Shown here piece after piece: positions 47,218-49,459 of a DNA stretch of 49,459 bases. The notes under the pieces are model-generated. The model saw nothing but the letters and a program-made list of their open reading frames with translations, was not told where the DNA came from and did not search any database. Numbering within the stretch: the first letter of the stretch is position 1; every line of letters starts with the position of its first letter. The position numbers were made by a program, and so were the translations under genes. The stretch is from Clostridia bacterium. GTDB lineage: Bacteria > Bacillota > Clostridia > UBA1381 > UBA9506. Where the stretch lies: assembly GCA_045597205.1 (NCBI GenBank), contig JAZODT010000073.1, positions 1-49,459 of the forward strand, given 5' to 3'.

Positions 47218-48371
47218 TGGAAGATGTGCGCATTTATGATTATGAATTCAACCTCCTGCACATAGAGCATGACATTGTTTCCTGCAACTGGACGATTTAT
47301 GAAAATGCCATCGGCTCGTTTGAGATGCATTTCCCTTTAACCAGCAATTTGGTAAGTGTGATTATGCAGAACCGGTACCTGGTGGCAGTGCAGGGCAAAA
47401 AACAGGCTATCATCACCGGCCGGCAGGTGAATACAGAGGGCATCCTGTACGGCCGAACGTGTAACTGGCTTCTTTCGAGGTTTTGCATGCATGAAACATT
47501 TGATACGGATGCTTTGCTTTCAGAAGGACGTATTGCCTCATCAGATGCCCAAACGGTTTGTGCCTACATAATGCATACGGTCATGGACGGCTTAATGGTT
47601 TTTGAAGAAAACGCGGAATCTGTCTTTGGTGATGTGTATATGGAAAACAAAGCGGTTACACCGGTGTCTGAGCTGGTGCAAAATTGCCTGGCAAAAGACG
47701 GCGCCGGTCACGAGGTTTGGTTTGATGTAAAAAACAAACGATGGGTATTCCGTTTAACCAAAGGGAAGGAGCTTCCGGCTATTCTGTCAGAAGATAATCG
47801 AAATGCCTATGAAATAACTTATACAGAAGATATGCAGGATTATTTTACCGGTGGCTGGTATAGTCAGGAAGTAGAAAATATGGGCGATTGGGATGCATCT
47901 GCCAACAGTCCGTATTTATATAATAATCAACCTTCCAATTTTGCAAAAGCATATCGCGTGAGTGTTGCCGGCAATAAATTTGGTATTCCCTTTGCCGAAG
48001 GTGATTACATAATTTGCAAGGATGCAAACGGCGCATGGGAGAGAGCAGAGAAGATAGAAAGTTTTCTTGTGCATATTCCTTCCGGTCTTTCCGGAATATA
48101 TGCCTGGGAAACGGACCTTTCCGGCAGCACAAATGATAAAGCCCAACAGACGCTACGCGATAAGAAAATCACACAGACGATTACGGCCAAGGTTCGCAAT
48201 ATGAAATACGGAACCGATTATCAGCTGGGTGATATAGTCAGGGTAGAAATGAAAAAGGAAGAGTTTAGGGCCGGTATGTGCAAAAGAATAACCGGAGTAA
48301 ATTTATGGTATGAAAATAACGACATCGGCGAGCAGCCGATTATAGAGGAGGCAGACAATGATAGAATATAA
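47217..48371 (+). CDS. Tail-associated (Tal / ReqiPepy6 Gp37-like) protein
   Basis: N-terminus MEDVRIYDYEFNLLHIE...; lies after Dit with an ATGA overlap. Confidence 0.65.
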   Translation: MEDVRIYDYEFNLLHIEHDIVSCNWTIYENAIGSFEMHFPLTSNLVSVIMQNRYLVAVQGKKQAIITGRQVNTEGILYGRTCNWLLSRFCMHETFDTDALLSEGRIASSDAQTVCAYIMHTVMDGLMVFEENAESVFGDVYMENKAVTPVSELVQNCLAKDGAGHEVWFDVKNKRWVFRLTKGKELPAILSEDNRNAYEITYTEDMQDYFTGGWYSQEVENMGDWDASANSPYLYNNQPSNFAKAYRVSVAGNKFGIPFAEGDYIICKDANGAWERAEKIESFLVHIPSGLSGIYAWETDLSGSTNDKAQQTLRDKKITQTITAKVRNMKYGTDYQLGDIVRVEMKKEEFRAGMCKRITGVNLWYENNDIGEQPIIEEADNDRI

Positions 48372-49459
48372 CATCAGGATTAATCTGCAGGGTGACCGTG
48401 AACAGTATTCTAACATTACCTTTACCACCGGCGACAAGCAGGGGTATCGGCTCAATTTTGCGTTTTATTCTTATGGCAATCGGTTGGATGTATCAACCCT
48501 TGCTATGACAGTAAAAGCAAAACGGTCAGATGGGCAGGTCATTTTAGACAGCGGCATAACAGAAGCAGAAGGCGCTTATTACGTGGTTGCAGATAACGCT
48601 TATAACATCGAGGGGCCGGTTGCTTTTGAGGTGGCTTTAGTAAAAATGGACGGCTCTTTAGTAACAGCGCATGTTGTTCATGCTTATGTGCGTGAAGGGT
48701 TCGGCGAGAAGGGACTTGCACCTGAAGACGTGAACCCTATTTTAGCTAAGGCTGCTGTGGCCGTGGAATCTGCCATGACGGCAGCTGAAAGCGCCAATAA
48801 GATTGCAGCCGAAGCGGCCGAGGAGACGGAAAAAGCCAAGCAAGCTGCAGAGGATGCCTTGGCTTCGGCAGAGCTGGCAGAAGAAATTTCTCAAAAAGCA
48901 GCTGAAGCAGAAGGGGAACGTTCTGCTGCAGAAACGCAGCGGAATGAAAACGAAACAAAACGTGTTGCAGCGGAGGCAGAGAGGCAGGCGGCATATGAGC
49001 AGATGCAGGGTGCTTTTGCCAATGCATTGGTTGGTAGTGCATCTGGTTCTTCTATCTATTTGGATGATGTTTCGCCCATAGAGCATGTTTTAGGGGTTAA
49101 GTTATCAAGTAAGAATTTAATACCATTTCCTTATCATGACAAAAGCAAAACACATTATGGTGTTGAGTATGTAGTAAATGATGATGGTTCCGTAGTATGT
49201 AACGGTACTTCAACCGGTGGCTCACAATTCCTGTTTGTATCTGCTACTGTACCAATTAAATTTCCAAAAGGGATATATTATTGGAGTTGTTTGCAGCAAG
49301 AACAAACAGGCGTATCATCTTGGGCAAGAATTGGCGGAACTACTTATAGAGATACTGGAAACGGTATAGTTGTAAATTTAACTGAAGATACAGAGTTGTA
49401 TTTCTATGTATCTATTGCTACTGGTACAAAAGTTGAAAATCTTGTATTAAAGCCACAGT
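48358..49459 (+). CDS. Tail fiber / baseplate upper protein (BppU-like N-terminus), 3' end beyond window
   Basis: This ORF is absent from the track because it runs off the window. ATG 48358 gives 367 codons with no stop. The order is an N-terminal domain (INLQGDREQYSNITFTTGDKQGYRLNF), an Ala/Glu coiled coil, and an AT-rich distal domain. Confidence 0.7.
   Translation, partial: MIEYNIRINLQGDREQYSNITFTTGDKQGYRLNFAFYSYGNRLDVSTLAMTVKAKRSDGQVILDSGITEAEGAYYVVADNAYNIEGPVAFEVALVKMDGSLVTAHVVHAYVREGFGEKGLAPEDVNPILAKAAVAVESAMTAAESANKIAAEAAEETEKAKQAAEDALASAELAEEISQKAAEAEGERSAAETQRNENETKRVAAEAERQAAYEQMQGAFANALVGSASGSSIYLDDVSPIEHVLGVKLSSKNLIPFPYHDKSKTHYGVEYVVNDDGSVVCNGTSTGGSQFLFVSATVPIKFPKGIYYWSCLQQEQTGVSSWARIGGTTYRDTGNGIVVNLTEDTELYFYVSIATGTKVENLVLKPQ

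Overview
The window comes from a mid/low-GC Bacillota (Clostridia-like) chromosome. Nt 1-15400 is an ordinary housekeeping block: U32 peptidase, NusG-II/Gx-transporter pair, maf-mreBCD-mrdA, mgsA, ligA, an HprK-like P-loop protein, tyrS, metA, a NagB-family gene and a C_GCAxxG_C_C gene. Most of these are separated by clear intrinsic terminators. At 15404-15448 a 45-nt 3' fragment of a tRNA-Pro(GGG) gene marks attL of a siphovirus-type prophage that fills the rest of the window. The prophage order is tyrosine integrase, an AT-rich membrane gene, the CI(S24)/Cro switch, early genes, RecT-like/YqaJ exonuclease, SF2 helicase, HNH, SSB, replisome organizer, RusA, MazG-like, YopX, a late regulator, TerS/TerL, portal, MuF-like minor capsid, scaffold, capsid, neck, major tail, chaperones, tape measure, Dit, Tal and a fiber cut by the window end. 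The lysis module and attR lie beyond the window. No CRISPR array, rRNA or complete tRNA was seen. The most notable observations are listed here. (1) The MuF-like minor capsid protein carries a C-terminal RadC/JAB-like HNHP..S..D domain, followed by a tiny ORF and two terminators. (2) Three G8 homopolymers sit in three consecutive early genes, and two of them break the reading frame in the same -1 direction. (3) An AT-rich membrane protein is co-oriented directly downstream of the repressor. (4) A self-contained promoter-gene-terminator moron sits just upstream of the tape measure gene. (5) The int leader contains a 20-bp inverted repeat, a uORF and an opposing promoter/terminator pair. (6) The late operon has a promoter-terminator leader. 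All functional calls rest on motifs read by eye and on gene order; no database search was run.
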